55,814 nt of DNA from Eubacteriales bacterium (lineage in GTDB: Bacteria > Bacillota > Clostridia > Oscillospirales > CAG-272), in assembly GCA_045656885.1 (NCBI GenBank), contig JAZORZ010000063.1, forward strand, positions 1 through 55,814, written 5' to 3'. How positions within the stretch are numbered: the first letter of the stretch is position 1; every line of letters starts with the position of its first letter. Below the pieces are notes generated by a model. That model was not told the DNA's origin and ran no database searches. It worked only from the letters and a program-made list of their open reading frames with translations. The position numbers and the translations under genes are program-made. Positions 1 through 12,128 of this stretch are shown piece after piece.

Positions 1-857
1 TCAAAGAACTTTTCAAAGAAATCGATCTCGGCGGAGCAGTTTTCAAGAACGTAGCCAACAATGAACTTGATATATTCTTCAATAATTTCAATAATGTCGG
101 GCAGCTCTGCAAAAGCAACCTCGGGCTCAACCTGCCAGAACTCGGATACGTGACGGGAGGTGTTGGAGTTCTCGGCGCGGAAAACGGGACCGAAGGTGTA
201 GATCTTGCCAAGAGCCATAGCGGCAACCTCGCCCTCGAGCTGACCGGAAACGGTCAGGAACGCTTGCTTGCCAAAGAAATCCTCAGCAAAGTATTCCTCT
301 GCAGTCTTGGCGGTTGCATTCCAAGGTTGGGTGGTAACGCGGAATACCTCGCCGCCGCCCTCACAGTCGTTGCCGGTGATCAGGGGCGTGTGAACGTAGG
401 TGTAGCCGTTGCTCTGGAAGTAAAGGTGAGAAGCCGCAGCGAGAGCCGAACGAACGCGCTGAACGTTCATAATGGTGTTGGTTCTCACGCGCAGGTGAGG
501 CATGGTGCGGAGGAACTCGAGGGAGTGACGCTTCTTTTGCAGAGGATAGTCTGCAGGGCACTCGCCAAGAATTTCATAAGAGGTCATTTGCATCTCGCAC
601 TTGTTCATGTCGGAGGCAACGATAACACCGGTCACCTTAACACCGCAACCGATTACAAAAGCGGTATTTACCTTAATATCCATATTCTCCTTATCGATAA
701 CCAACTGCAGGTTAGCGGTGCAGGAGCCGTCATTGATTTCAACAAACGAAACGTTTTTCGAGTCACGGGTGGTTCTAACCCAACCGCACACGTCAATGGT
801 TTTTCCAACGTATTCATCCACGTTTGCAAATATTTTCTTAATGTCAACGTGTTTCAT
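1..857 (-). CDS. asnS: Asparaginyl-tRNA synthetase, partial (runs off the left edge)
   Basis: Hand translation of the minus strand from ATG at 857: MKHVDIKKIFANVDEYVGKTIDVCGWVRTTRDSK...INDGS...YPLQKKRHSLEFLR...YLTVSGQLEGE...YTFGPVFRAENSNTSRHVSEFWQVEPE. These are class II AsnRS motifs. Confidence 0.95.
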   Translation of the reverse strand, partial: MKHVDIKKIFANVDEYVGKTIDVCGWVRTTRDSKNVSFVEINDGSCTANLQLVIDKENMDIKVNTAFVIGCGVKVTGVIVASDMNKCEMQMTSYEILGECPADYPLQKKRHSLEFLRTMPHLRVRTNTIMNVQRVRSALAAASHLYFQSNGYTYVHTPLITGNDCEGGGEVFRVTTQPWNATAKTAEEYFAEDFFGKQAFLTVSGQLEGEVAAMALGKIYTFGPVFRAENSNTSRHVSEFWQVEPEVAFAELPDIIEIIEEYIKFIVGYVLENCSAEIDFFEKFF

Positions 858-912
858 TCTAAAATTCCTTTCACAAAGAGGATTGGAGAAAATTTCTTCC
901 TTCATTCTATAA

Positions 913-941
913 ATTGTACCACATTTTTCGGCGGTTGTCAA
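913..941 (-). promoter_or_regulatory. sigA promoter of asnS
   Basis: TTGACA-17 bp-TACAAT on the minus strand, about 55 nt upstream of the start codon. Confidence 0.7.
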
Positions 942-993
942 TAGGGGAGAGGAAGAAAGTGCAGGGTGAAGAGTGCAGAGTTATAGTGAACCG

Positions 994-1105
994 GTAGGGG
1001 CGAAGAGATTGCTTGCAATCTCGTGGCGGCTTGCCGCCTTCCATTAGGTCGCCCGCTTTGATGGCAAAACAACTTTTGTAGGGACCGGCGTCCCCGACGG
1101 TCCGC
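994..1105 (+). repeat. Two GTAG-type REP-like palindromes (994-1055 with nested hairpins; 1078-1105)
   Basis: GTAG-GGGCGA...TCGCCC and GTAG-GGACCG...CGGTCC. Same architecture recurs at 11989-12118, 37046-37093 and 55755-55814. Confidence 0.7.
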
Positions 1106-1117
1106 ACCAATACCAAA

Positions 1118-1312
1118 CAACTCTCTTAAAAATCAGGGTCTCGGTGGCCCCTGATTTTTTGCGGTAGCCAAAGCGAGCGGAGCGCTCGCGTCGTCCGTCT
1201 ATCCGAAAACTGACAAATCCATCTCGATATTTGTTTGGTGCAGGTTCTTGAAAAGGGGAGAGGTTTGGAGAGGGGGAAAACTTCTTGCAAGAAGTTTTCC
1301 CCCTCTCCAAAA
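1118..1312 (+). repeat. Dispersed structured repeat family A, copy 1
   Basis: AGGGTCTCGGTGGCCCCT stem, GCCAAAGCG-hairpin-CGCG, GTTCTTGAA and a terminal GGGGGAAAACTTCTT-GC-AAGAAGTTTTCCCCC hairpin. All are shared with five other copies. Confidence 0.85.
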
Positions 1313-1323
1313 GCACCCTACTC

Positions 1324-2499
1324 CTATCTTGCCAACACGGGCATGTTGGCGAGCATATTCTCCAAAAAGATGCCGTATCCCGTTGTCGGGTCGTTGATGA
1401 GGACGTGGGTGATGGCGCCGACGAGCTTGCCATCTTGAATGATGGGAGAGCCGCTCATTCCCTGCACGATGCCGCCGGTGAGGGCGAGCAGGTCGGGGTC
1501 GGTCACGGTGACGGTGAAGCACTTGGAGCCCTTGGCATCGCGCTTGATGTTGGAAATGCGAATGTCATATTTTTGGATCTCGTCGCCCGATGCGGTGCAA
1601 AGAATATAAGCATCGCCCTCGCGCAGATCGTCGCGCAGTCCCACGGGCATCGGCTCGTAAGAGGTTTCGGGAACCTCGGAGAACACGCCCCACACACCGC
1701 AGGTCGAGTTGCCGAGCAGTGCCCCCGAGCGACCGGGGTTAAAGTGCCCCTTGAGCTCTCCGGGCGCACCTGCCGCACCCTTGACCACCGAGGAGATGGT
1801 CACGTCGGATACCGCGCCCTTTCTCATCTGCACGAGTGCACCCGTGTCGGCATCGCAAATGCCGTGCCCAAGCCCTGCAAACGCGCCGCTATCGGGAAAT
1901 AGGAAGGTCACAGTGCCAATCCCCGCGCCGCTGTCACGCACCCAAATACCGGTCTTATATTGCCCCTCTGCAGCCGAGAGAACAGGAGTGAGCGTTGTTT
2001 CAAACTCCTTAGCACCTCTGCGGCAAAGGAGCTTGAGTGGCTTTCCGCCCGACGCCTCAATGCGCTCGGTCATATCCGCAGCACCGCAAAGCTTTTCCCC
2101 ATTGATTTGTAGAATGACGTCCTTTGGGTGCAGTCCCGCACGCGCGGCAGGATTAACGCTCCCCTTGCCCGTGTCAATATCGCAAAAGCCAACAACCATT
2201 ACGCCGTCTGTGTAAAATTTCACTCCAAAGGGCATGCCCCCGGGGTAGAGCATCAGGTCGCCGAGAGCATCGGCATCTGCCTCAAGAACTGCCGAGTAGG
2301 TGGCGGCTTCACGCAGCTCGGTCATATAGGGCAGAGAAGCAGACGCGGCGATGTCGGCATCAAATCCCGACGGGCAATGGCTCATAGCAAAAACAAACTC
2401 CTTTTTTGTTCTGCCTGCCGAGGGTATCAAAACTCCCAAAAAAGGGAGCGACAGCATCAGCAAAAGGCAGCACAAAAGCTTCCAAATTCTTCTTTTCAT
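1324..2499 (-). CDS. spoIVB: SpoIVB peptidase (PDZ + S55)
   Basis: PGGMPFGVKFYTDGVMVVG, GIWVRDSGAGIGTVTF, GLGHGICD, GGIVQGMSGSPIIQDGKLVGAITHV. Confidence 0.93.
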   Translation of the reverse strand: MKRRIWKLLCCLLLMLSLPFLGVLIPSAGRTKKEFVFAMSHCPSGFDADIAASASLPYMTELREAATYSAVLEADADALGDLMLYPGGMPFGVKFYTDGVMVVGFCDIDTGKGSVNPAARAGLHPKDVILQINGEKLCGAADMTERIEASGGKPLKLLCRRGAKEFETTLTPVLSAAEGQYKTGIWVRDSGAGIGTVTFLFPDSGAFAGLGHGICDADTGALVQMRKGAVSDVTISSVVKGAAGAPGELKGHFNPGRSGALLGNSTCGVWGVFSEVPETSYEPMPVGLRDDLREGDAYILCTASGDEIQKYDIRISNIKRDAKGSKCFTVTVTDPDLLALTGGIVQGMSGSPIIQDGKLVGAITHVLINDPTTGYGIFLENMLANMPVLAR

Positions 2500-2824
2500 A
2501 TCCTAAACCTTCCTATATATGGGCGCCCGAATGCGCCGTGATTTGTAAGAGGCAATGGGCGCAGGCCTGCAGTCGGCAATCGCTTTGCAAAACGCTCGCC
2601 GACGAATGATACCTTGTCCGGTTGCTGATACTAATGTGTGCCGCCACCGTGTGTTTCATAAGTAACAATGATAACCATTCGCCGCCTTCGACACGCCAAA
2701 ACATAGAAACGAAAAGAAGAAACAAAAGCTTTTTGTAAACGTGAGAATATTTTGCCCGACAAAGAAAAAAACATACTTAAGGGCGGTTATTTTTACAACT
2801 TTTGTTTGAAAAAAAGAAAAGGGC

Positions 2825-2870
2825 TTGACAAGCCCTGATTTTTGTGATATAATTTGAGAACCGTTCTCAA
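2825..2870 (+). promoter_or_regulatory. sigA promoter with adjacent Fur-type operator palindrome
   Basis: TTGACA(2825)-17-TATAAT(2848) with an extended TG, immediately followed by TTGAGAA-CCG-TTCTCAA (2854-2870). Confidence 0.75.
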
Positions 2871-2886
2871 TTTAAGGAGAAGACAA

Positions 2887-3312
2887 ATGAGAAAAAAGAG
2901 ATATAAGACAGCGGGCAGGGAAGCGCTCATCAGCTTTTTCAGACGCAATCCCGACCGCCAATTTACAGTAGAAGAGCTTTATACCGAGGTCAACGCCGAG
3001 GCACCCACGGGCAAGAGCAGTCTTTATCGCCATCTTGGCGAGCTTTGCAAAGTGGAGGTTTTGCGCAAGTTCCACGGCGGTGAAGGACGCGGAACCCTTT
3101 ATCAATACATCGGTGCCGAATGTGACTGCAAGGATCATTTTCACCAAAAGTGCACAGTTTGCGGTCGCGTCAGTCACCTTGATTGCTTTGCCAGCGCCGA
3201 GTTTGCAGAACATATGCTGCGCGAGCACGGCTTTTTGATCAACTGTGGCCGCTCCGTTCTTTATGGCGTTTGCGCTGCCTGCATGCGTAAAGGAGAGCCG
3301 AGCAATGCATGA
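2887..3312 (+). CDS. Fur-family metal-dependent transcriptional regulator
   Basis: N-terminal wHTH (FTVEELY...SSLYRHL), HFHQKCTVCG and C-terminal YGVCAAC. AAGGAG RBS before ATG 2887. Confidence 0.88.
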   Translation: MRKKRYKTAGREALISFFRRNPDRQFTVEELYTEVNAEAPTGKSSLYRHLGELCKVEVLRKFHGGEGRGTLYQYIGAECDCKDHFHQKCTVCGRVSHLDCFASAEFAEHMLREHGFLINCGRSVLYGVCAACMRKGEPSNA

Positions 3313-4198
3313 GTTCTTTCACATTTTAGGGCATAGCGCGCTCCACACGCTCGAGGACACCCTCAAGGTTGTTCCGTTCTTGTTTTTAACCTACCTCTTA
3401 ATGGAGTTTTTGGAGCACAAGGCAGGCGGCGCGCCGGAGCGTTGGTTGCGCACGTCGGGCAAGGTAGGGCCGCTGATTGGCGGTGCGCTCGGTGTGCTTC
3501 CGCAATGCGGATTTTCTGCCGCGGCAACGGGATTTTACACAGGACGAATGATCACCACGGGAACACTCATCGCGGTCTATCTTTCCACGTCCGACGAAAT
3601 GCTCCCCATTTTGATCTCAAGCGGTGCACCGATTCCTACTATATTAAAATTATTAGTAACAAAACTGACCATCGGTGTTGCCGCGGGCTTTGCCATTGAC
3701 GGCATCACGCGCCTTTGCCGACACGGCAAGAACGGCGAGCAGGAGCCGCAGATCGAGGAGCTTTGCGAACGCGAAAATTGCGCTTGCGGCGATCGCTTTG
3801 TGCTCTCGGCACTCAAGCACACCGCCTACATTACCGTTTTCCTTTTGCTATTCACCTTTGTTCTCAACATCGGCATTGAAGCCGTTGGCGAGGAGAACAT
3901 TCAAAGCTTGGTGCTGGGCCGCCCGATTATTGGCAGCTTTTTGGCGGCACTTGTAGGGCTCATTCCCAACTGTGCATCGTCGGTGGCACTTACCTCACTG
4001 TTTGCAGACGGTGTTCTCAGCAGTGGCGCGCTGCTTTCTGGCCTGATGGTGAATGCGGGCATTGGTCTTGCTATTCTCTTCCGCAATAACCGTCCCGTTA
4101 AGGATTCCTTCCGCGTGGTAGGGATTTTGTTCGGTATTTCCGTTGTGTGCGGAATTTTGATCGATCTGACAACGCTTGGCGCATGGATCGCAAAATGA
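3305..4198 (+). CDS. Putative metal (Mn/Zn-type) transporter, multi-TM permease
   Basis: Repeated LPQCGFS / IPNCASS and YLSTSDEMLP motifs with many TM segments. Overlaps the fur stop codon. Confidence 0.75.
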   Translation: MHEFFHILGHSALHTLEDTLKVVPFLFLTYLLMEFLEHKAGGAPERWLRTSGKVGPLIGGALGVLPQCGFSAAATGFYTGRMITTGTLIAVYLSTSDEMLPILISSGAPIPTILKLLVTKLTIGVAAGFAIDGITRLCRHGKNGEQEPQIEELCERENCACGDRFVLSALKHTAYITVFLLLFTFVLNIGIEAVGEENIQSLVLGRPIIGSFLAALVGLIPNCASSVALTSLFADGVLSSGALLSGLMVNAGIGLAILFRNNRPVKDSFRVVGILFGISVVCGILIDLTTLGAWIAK

Positions 4199-4202
4199 AT
4201 AA

Positions 4203-4238
4203 AAAAGAAGAGCGTCCCTAAAAGGGTCGCTCTTCTTT
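4203..4238. terminator. Bidirectional intrinsic terminator
   Basis: AAAGAAGAGCG...CGCTCTTCTTT hairpin between convergent genes. Confidence 0.7.
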
Positions 4239-4250
4239 ATGTTTGTTTGA

Positions 4251-5444
4251 TTAGTTTTTCTTGGTCAAATCCATAGGTTGATTGATAACAACCTCGATCT
4301 TGTTTGCGCGGTTGATGCGAGCATCGTGGTAAGTGCTGCTCATGTTTCTGGAGAGTGCTTCCATGTTTGCGGTTTCTTCGCCATAGAGAGCGGACTCACG
4401 CAGACGGTATTGTTCCTCGGTTTCGGGAATACCAAAGAGCTTGATGTGCAGCTTGGTAGCTCTCTTCTTGAGGTACTTGCTGAGCTTGTCAGCGTTGTGC
4501 AAATCATCGGGGTTAGCTGCTTGACGGGTGTCACGCATAAAGATAACCATATCGTCATATTCAGCAACCTTGAGCTTGTAGCGAATAACGCCCTTGTTCT
4601 GCTTGGTGAGCAGAGAATAAAGAACGATGCGGTAGTCGCCGTCTACCTTGATGGGGTTGGTAGGAGTTTCCAATACGAGCTGCTTGCCGTAGTAGGGGAA
4701 CTCTTTTCTGATGGCGATCTTAAGGGTGTGCAGACCGGGCTCAACGCGGAAGCAAGAGAACTCGCTATCAAGGTCAACTGCGCCAACCTCAACGCCATCG
4801 ATGTAAACAACTGCGTTATCAACAGAACCGGTGAAGCTTCTCAGCTCGGGAGTGCCTGCCTTGCTTGCATCAAAGTACTCATATTCGTCATCGTCTTCTG
4901 CTTCGCCATCCGCAACTTCCTCGTATTCAACAAGGGTCTCAAAAATGGAGCGAACGGAAACAACGATCTGGTTTTCAAGAACGCTGTCGATTTTTTCTCT
5001 CTTGAGGTTATCAAGCTTAATATCAACGTGGTCTGCCTTAGTGCTGTATCTTCTGTACTTTGCTTTGCAAACAAAGCTGAAGATGATGGCGAGAATGCCA
5101 AATACAGCAAATGCAATCAAGCCGGCAACAATCCAGAAAGCGGTTGCTTTGTGAATGAAGAATTCATAATCGGAGCCGATGTCAAAGAAGAAGAATTGAT
5201 CGCGGCCCAAATTGCCTGCAACAGCAGCACGAGCCCAACGAAGAATGCCGGTTACTACGCCTGCTGCAAGGGTGAGCCAAGCGGCCCAGATGAACAACAA
5301 ACGGAAGAATTCCCATTTTTTCCAAACACCAAGGCGTCTTTTCTTGGTGTAAACTGTTTTCAGATAATCATCCTTAAGCGCTTGCACCTTATCCTGCTCG
5401 TGCTTAGGGAGCTTTTGCGCTCTGGCATATGTATTTCTTGCCAT
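4251..5444 (-). CDS. Hypothetical membrane protein (2 TM plus a beta-rich C-terminal domain)
   Basis: 397-aa ORF with GAGG RBS and two hydrophobic helices. No family recognised. Confidence 0.8.
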   Translation of the reverse strand: MARNTYARAQKLPKHEQDKVQALKDDYLKTVYTKKRRLGVWKKWEFFRLLFIWAAWLTLAAGVVTGILRWARAAVAGNLGRDQFFFFDIGSDYEFFIHKATAFWIVAGLIAFAVFGILAIIFSFVCKAKYRRYSTKADHVDIKLDNLKREKIDSVLENQIVVSVRSIFETLVEYEEVADGEAEDDDEYEYFDASKAGTPELRSFTGSVDNAVVYIDGVEVGAVDLDSEFSCFRVEPGLHTLKIAIRKEFPYYGKQLVLETPTNPIKVDGDYRIVLYSLLTKQNKGVIRYKLKVAEYDDMVIFMRDTRQAANPDDLHNADKLSKYLKKRATKLHIKLFGIPETEEQYRLRESALYGEETANMEALSRNMSSTYHDARINRANKIEVVINQPMDLTKKN

Positions 5445-5651
5445 AACATTTATCCTCTTTTCTGCAATGATTTCGCGTTTTCATAATTGCGATAAACTTC
5501 CACACTAAATATTATATATATATTTTGCTGTTTTGTCAAGAGGGTTTTACAAAAGTGTACTCAAAAAAGCGAAAAAAGTTACAAAAAAGAAGAGGGAAAC
5601 AACAAAAAGGTCGACGCAAATGCCAAGGGCAGGCGCGTCGACCTTCGTTTT

Positions 5652-5870
5652 TTAATCCTCGATCTTGTCAAAGGTCTCGCGAGCGCGAAACAGCAGCGAG
5701 ATGCACCAAACACCGGCAAGACCTACCAGGGTGTAGATGATGCGGCTGAGCAGCGAGGATTGTCCACCGCAGATCCATGCCACGATGTCGAATTGAAACA
5801 GACCGATGCTGCCCCAGTTCAGAGCACCAACGATGGTTAAAATCAGAGAAATGCGATCCAATATCATCAT
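5652..5870 (-). CDS. DUF378 (YuzA-like) small membrane protein
   Basis: LILTIVGALNWGSIGLFQFDIVAWICGG...SRIIYTLVGLAG. Confidence 0.9.
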   Translation of the reverse strand: MMILDRISLILTIVGALNWGSIGLFQFDIVAWICGGQSSLLSRIIYTLVGLAGVWCISLLFRARETFDKIED

Positions 5871-5940
5871 TTTGTCTCCTTTGCATATTGCGGAATTCTG
5901 CCACGGGCTTACGTAGCGATTTTCAAATTCCGACTGCTTG

Positions 5941-5969
5941 TAGTATGTGCCGTTGTTGTTTCGTTATGC
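5941..5969 (-). promoter_or_regulatory. Forespore sigG-type promoter of the DUF378 gene
   Basis: GCATA-17 bp-CATACTA on the minus strand, matching the B. subtilis sigG consensus. Confidence 0.65.
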
Positions 5970-6016
5970 ACGCCGACGCCAAAAAAGAAATTTTATGCAA
6001 AAAAAACGCACTTTTA

Positions 6017-6045
6017 TTGACAAATGTTAGCAATTAAGATATAAT
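6017..6045 (+). promoter_or_regulatory. sigA promoter upstream of repeat copy 2 and recG
   Basis: TTGACA-17 bp-TATAAT. Confidence 0.75.
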
Positions 6046-6077
6046 TAAGCAAAGAGACAGAACAACTTTTCCGCTTT

Positions 6078-6249
6078 CAACTTTCTGAGCGGATAGGGTC
6101 TCGGCGGTCCCTAGCCGCTTGCGGCAGCCAAAGCGAGCGTTGCGCTCACGCCGACTGTCTGCTTGGGCCTAACAAATTTGTTTTGATATATTTTGTGCGA
6201 GAGTTCTTGAGGGGGCGTGGGGGGACTTCTTGCAAGAAGTTCCCCCACA
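6078..6249 (+). repeat. Dispersed structured repeat family A, copy 2 (in the recG leader)
   Basis: AGGGTCTCGGCGGTCCCT stem, GCCAAAGCG hairpin, CCGACTGTCT and GTGGGGGGACTTCTTGCAAGAAGTTCCCCCAC. Confidence 0.85.
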
Positions 6250-6273
6250 AAAAAACAAAAAGAGGTGCAATAA

Positions 6274-8415
6274 ATGGTTATAACGCGCAATTCGCCTGTT
6301 ACCGTGTTGGCGGGTGTAGGAAAAACGAGAGCGGAATACTATGCCAAGATTGGCATTGTTACCTTGGGTGACCTTTTGTTGCACTATCCGAGAGCATACG
6401 AGAACCGCGGAGACGTGGTGCTTTTGACAGATGCGAGAGAAAACGGAAAAAGCTCTCTGATCTTAACTGTTGCAAGTGACGCAAAGGTAGTAAGACTTCG
6501 TTCGCATAAATCTTTTTTGAAATTCCGCGCATTTGATGAAAGCGGCTCTTGCGAGATTACGTATTTCAATCAGGACTACCTCAAAACGCAATTCCGCGTA
6601 GGCACGGTCTTTCGGTTTTTTGGCAAGGTCGAGCGCGTAGGCAAGCGGTATACCATGTCCTCGCCCGTGGCAGAGCCATGGACACCGTCGGCAAATTTGC
6701 CGTCTTTGTGCGCGGTCTACCGCATGACCGAGGGGCTCACTCCCAAGCAGATCGCCAAGGATGTTGCGGCGGCAATCGAGCTGCTTGCGGCAAGCATCGA
6801 GGACCCGTTACCACCTGATGTAGTACAAAAACGCTCGCTTTGCACGCTTTCTTATGCACTCAAAAACATTCACAATCCCGAAACACCCGAGGCGTTGATG
6901 ATATCGCGCCGCCGTTTGGTATACGATGAATTTTTCTGCTTTTCGCTCGGCGCGGCAATGTCGCAACGCCGCGAGAAGTCGATGAACGCTCCCGCGTGCC
7001 CCGACGGGGATATTTCCCAATTACTTGCAACACTTCCGTATGAGCTCACGGGCGCGCAAAAACGCACGATCGGCGAGATCGCACGCGATATGGCACAGCA
7101 TACGCCAATGGGCAGAATCGTGGTCGGCGACGTTGGATGCGGCAAAACAATTTGTGCCGCCGCCGCAATGCTCATAGCGGTGCAAAACGGCAGGCAAGCG
7201 GCACTCATGGCACCCACCGAAATTTTGGCGCGCCAGCACTATCTTGACCTCGCCCCCGTTTTCGAGGGCATGGGTATTTCCTGTGAGCTTCTTATCGGCG
7301 CGACCACCGCAGGGGAGAAAAAACGTATTAAAGCCGCGCTTGCAAACGAGGACGAGAGCAAGCGATTGCAGGTTATTATCGGCACGCACGCCCTGCTTTC
7401 CGACGGTGTGGAGTTTGCCGCTCCCGGTCTTGTTGTGACCGACGAGCAGCACCGCTTTGGCGCACGTCAGCGTGCAAAGCTGGCAGAAAAGAACACCAAT
7501 GCCCACCTTTTGGTGATGAGCGCAACCCCCATTCCGCGCTCGCTCGCGCTCGTTCTTTATGGGGAGCTTGATATTTCCCGCATTGACGAAATGCCCGCGG
7601 GCAGACAAAGGGTTGACACCTTTGTCGTCGATGAAACCTACCGTCCGCGCCTCAATGCTTTCATTCAAAAGCAGGTCGACGAGGGGGGACAGGTCTACGT
7701 GGTTTGCCCGGCCGTCGAGGAACAGGAAAAAGAGCCCGAGGAGGTCACACTTTCTGACCTTGACGAGATCTTCCTCGCGCGCGAGGAAAAGCCGCCCCTC
7801 AAGGCGGCCGTCACCTTTGCCGAGGAGCTGCAAAAAGCACTTCCCGCGGTGCGTGTTGCGTTTTTACACGGGCGAATGAAGAGCCGCGAAAAAGATGCCG
7901 TAATGCAAGAATTTGCTGATGGCAACATCGACGTGCTGGTCTCCACCACCGTTATTGAGGTTGGCGTCAACGTGCCCAACGCCGCGTTGATGATCGTTGA
8001 AAACGCCGAGCGGTTTGGACTTTCGCAGCTGCATCAGCTGCGCGGCCGTGTCGGACGCGGCGTAAGAAAATCCCATTGCGTGCTTGTGATGGGTGGCGAG
8101 GGAGCGATATCCCGCACCTCGCGTGAACGCCTTGAGGTTATGCGTACCACCTACGACGGTTACCGCATCGCCGAGCAGGATCTGGCACAGCGCGGCCCCG
8201 GTGACTTTTTGGCCACCGCCGAGGGGGGAGTTGTTCGACAGAGCGGCGGACTTTCCTTCCGTCTTGCCGATGCCGGCGAGGATATTTCAGTGCTCACCGA
8301 GGCAGCTGCCGATGCAAGAGAAATTCTTTCCCATGACCCTGAGCTAACAGAAAACCCGCTCCTGCGCGAGCACATCAAGGGACTGTTCAGCATCGAGGCG
8401 GGGTTGATTAGTTAG
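6274..8415 (+). CDS. recG: ATP-dependent DNA helicase RecG
   Basis: GDVGCGKT, MAPTEILARQH, DEQHRFG, MSATPIPRSL, TTVIEVGVNVPNA, AERFGLSQLHQLRGRVGRG. Confidence 0.97.
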   Translation: MVITRNSPVTVLAGVGKTRAEYYAKIGIVTLGDLLLHYPRAYENRGDVVLLTDARENGKSSLILTVASDAKVVRLRSHKSFLKFRAFDESGSCEITYFNQDYLKTQFRVGTVFRFFGKVERVGKRYTMSSPVAEPWTPSANLPSLCAVYRMTEGLTPKQIAKDVAAAIELLAASIEDPLPPDVVQKRSLCTLSYALKNIHNPETPEALMISRRRLVYDEFFCFSLGAAMSQRREKSMNAPACPDGDISQLLATLPYELTGAQKRTIGEIARDMAQHTPMGRIVVGDVGCGKTICAAAAMLIAVQNGRQAALMAPTEILARQHYLDLAPVFEGMGISCELLIGATTAGEKKRIKAALANEDESKRLQVIIGTHALLSDGVEFAAPGLVVTDEQHRFGARQRAKLAEKNTNAHLLVMSATPIPRSLALVLYGELDISRIDEMPAGRQRVDTFVVDETYRPRLNAFIQKQVDEGGQVYVVCPAVEEQEKEPEEVTLSDLDEIFLAREEKPPLKAAVTFAEELQKALPAVRVAFLHGRMKSREKDAVMQEFADGNIDVLVSTTVIEVGVNVPNAALMIVENAERFGLSQLHQLRGRVGRGVRKSHCVLVMGGEGAISRTSRERLEVMRTTYDGYRIAEQDLAQRGPGDFLATAEGGVVRQSGGLSFRLADAGEDISVLTEAAADAREILSHDPELTENPLLREHIKGLFSIEAGLIS

Positions 8416-8480
8416 TTATCATAAAGCAAAAACGTTTAATGAATGCAAATTGTGCAAAGAGCGATGGAGAACCTCTTAAT

Positions 8481-8622
8481 GGCTCCCTTGTGTAAAGGGA
8501 GCTGTCAAATGCCGCAAGTGCATTTGACCAAGGGATTGTTTTTATGTAAAACACCCCTTTACAATCCCCCCGTCACCCTTCGCACGGCAACGGGTGCCAC
8601 CCCCCTTTACACAAGGGAGGCC
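8481..8622. repeat. Foldback repeat family C, copy 1
   Basis: GGCTCCCTTGTGTAAAGGGAGCTG...GGGATTGT-spacer-ACAATCCC...CCCTTTACACAAGGGAGGC. Second copy at 36817. Confidence 0.8.
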
Positions 8623-8635
8623 TAAGCAACCTTAG

Positions 8636-11788
<3,153 letters not shown>

Positions 11789-11795
11789 GGATTTA

Positions 11796-11968
11796 TGTGG
11801 GGGAACTTCTTTCGAGAAGTTCCCCCACACCCCCTCAAGAACTTGCTGACAAGGGGATTATCAAAACAAATCCGCAATGCACCAACAGACAGTCGGCGCA
11901 AGCCTACGCTTGCTTTTGCTCTCGCTAACTCGCAGGGGCCACCGAGACCCTGCTCGTTAAGAGAGTTC
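11796..11968 (-). repeat. Dispersed structured repeat family A, copy 3
   Basis: Reverse orientation. Positions 11922-11964 are identical (43 bp) to 54914-54956. Confidence 0.85.
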
Positions 11969-11988
11969 AAGGTATGAATTTTCGCACA

Positions 11989-12118
11989 GTAGGGCGGGGG
12001 CTTGCTCCCGCCGCTCCGCAAAAACAAACGCATACCGCAAACAAAAAAACGGGCGATTCGTGAATCGCCCCTACGGTGAAATTAAAAATCCATTGTAGGG
12101 GCGACCATTGGTCGCCCG
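11989..12118. repeat. Cluster of three GTAG-type REP-like palindromes (11989-12014, 12050-12074, 12095-12118)
   Basis: GTAG-GGCGGG...CCCGCC; CGGGCGATTC..GAATCGCCC-CTAC; GTAG-GGGCGACCATTGGTCGCCC. Confidence 0.8.
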
Positions 12119-12128
12119 TTTTTATTAT

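Noticed and set aside
858-941. T-box leader for asnS
   Set aside because: The promoter is only about 55 nt from the start codon and no T-box motif is visible.
150-944. 264-aa plus-strand ORF
   Set aside because: Antisense shadow of asnS, which is on the minus strand and is missing from the ORF track because it runs off the window.
957-990. Short 7-nt periodic run (GTGCAGG GTGAAGA GTGCAGA GTTATAG)
   Set aside because: Only 3-4 degenerate units and no associated gene. Too weak to call.
1264-1311. Family A terminal hairpins as plain rho-independent terminators
   Set aside because: No U-tract in the direction of the upstream gene, and they are embedded in a longer conserved multi-stem unit.
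2632-2662. sigF/sigG promoter for spoIVB
   Set aside because: A -10-like CACATTA is present on the minus strand, but the -35 match is poor.
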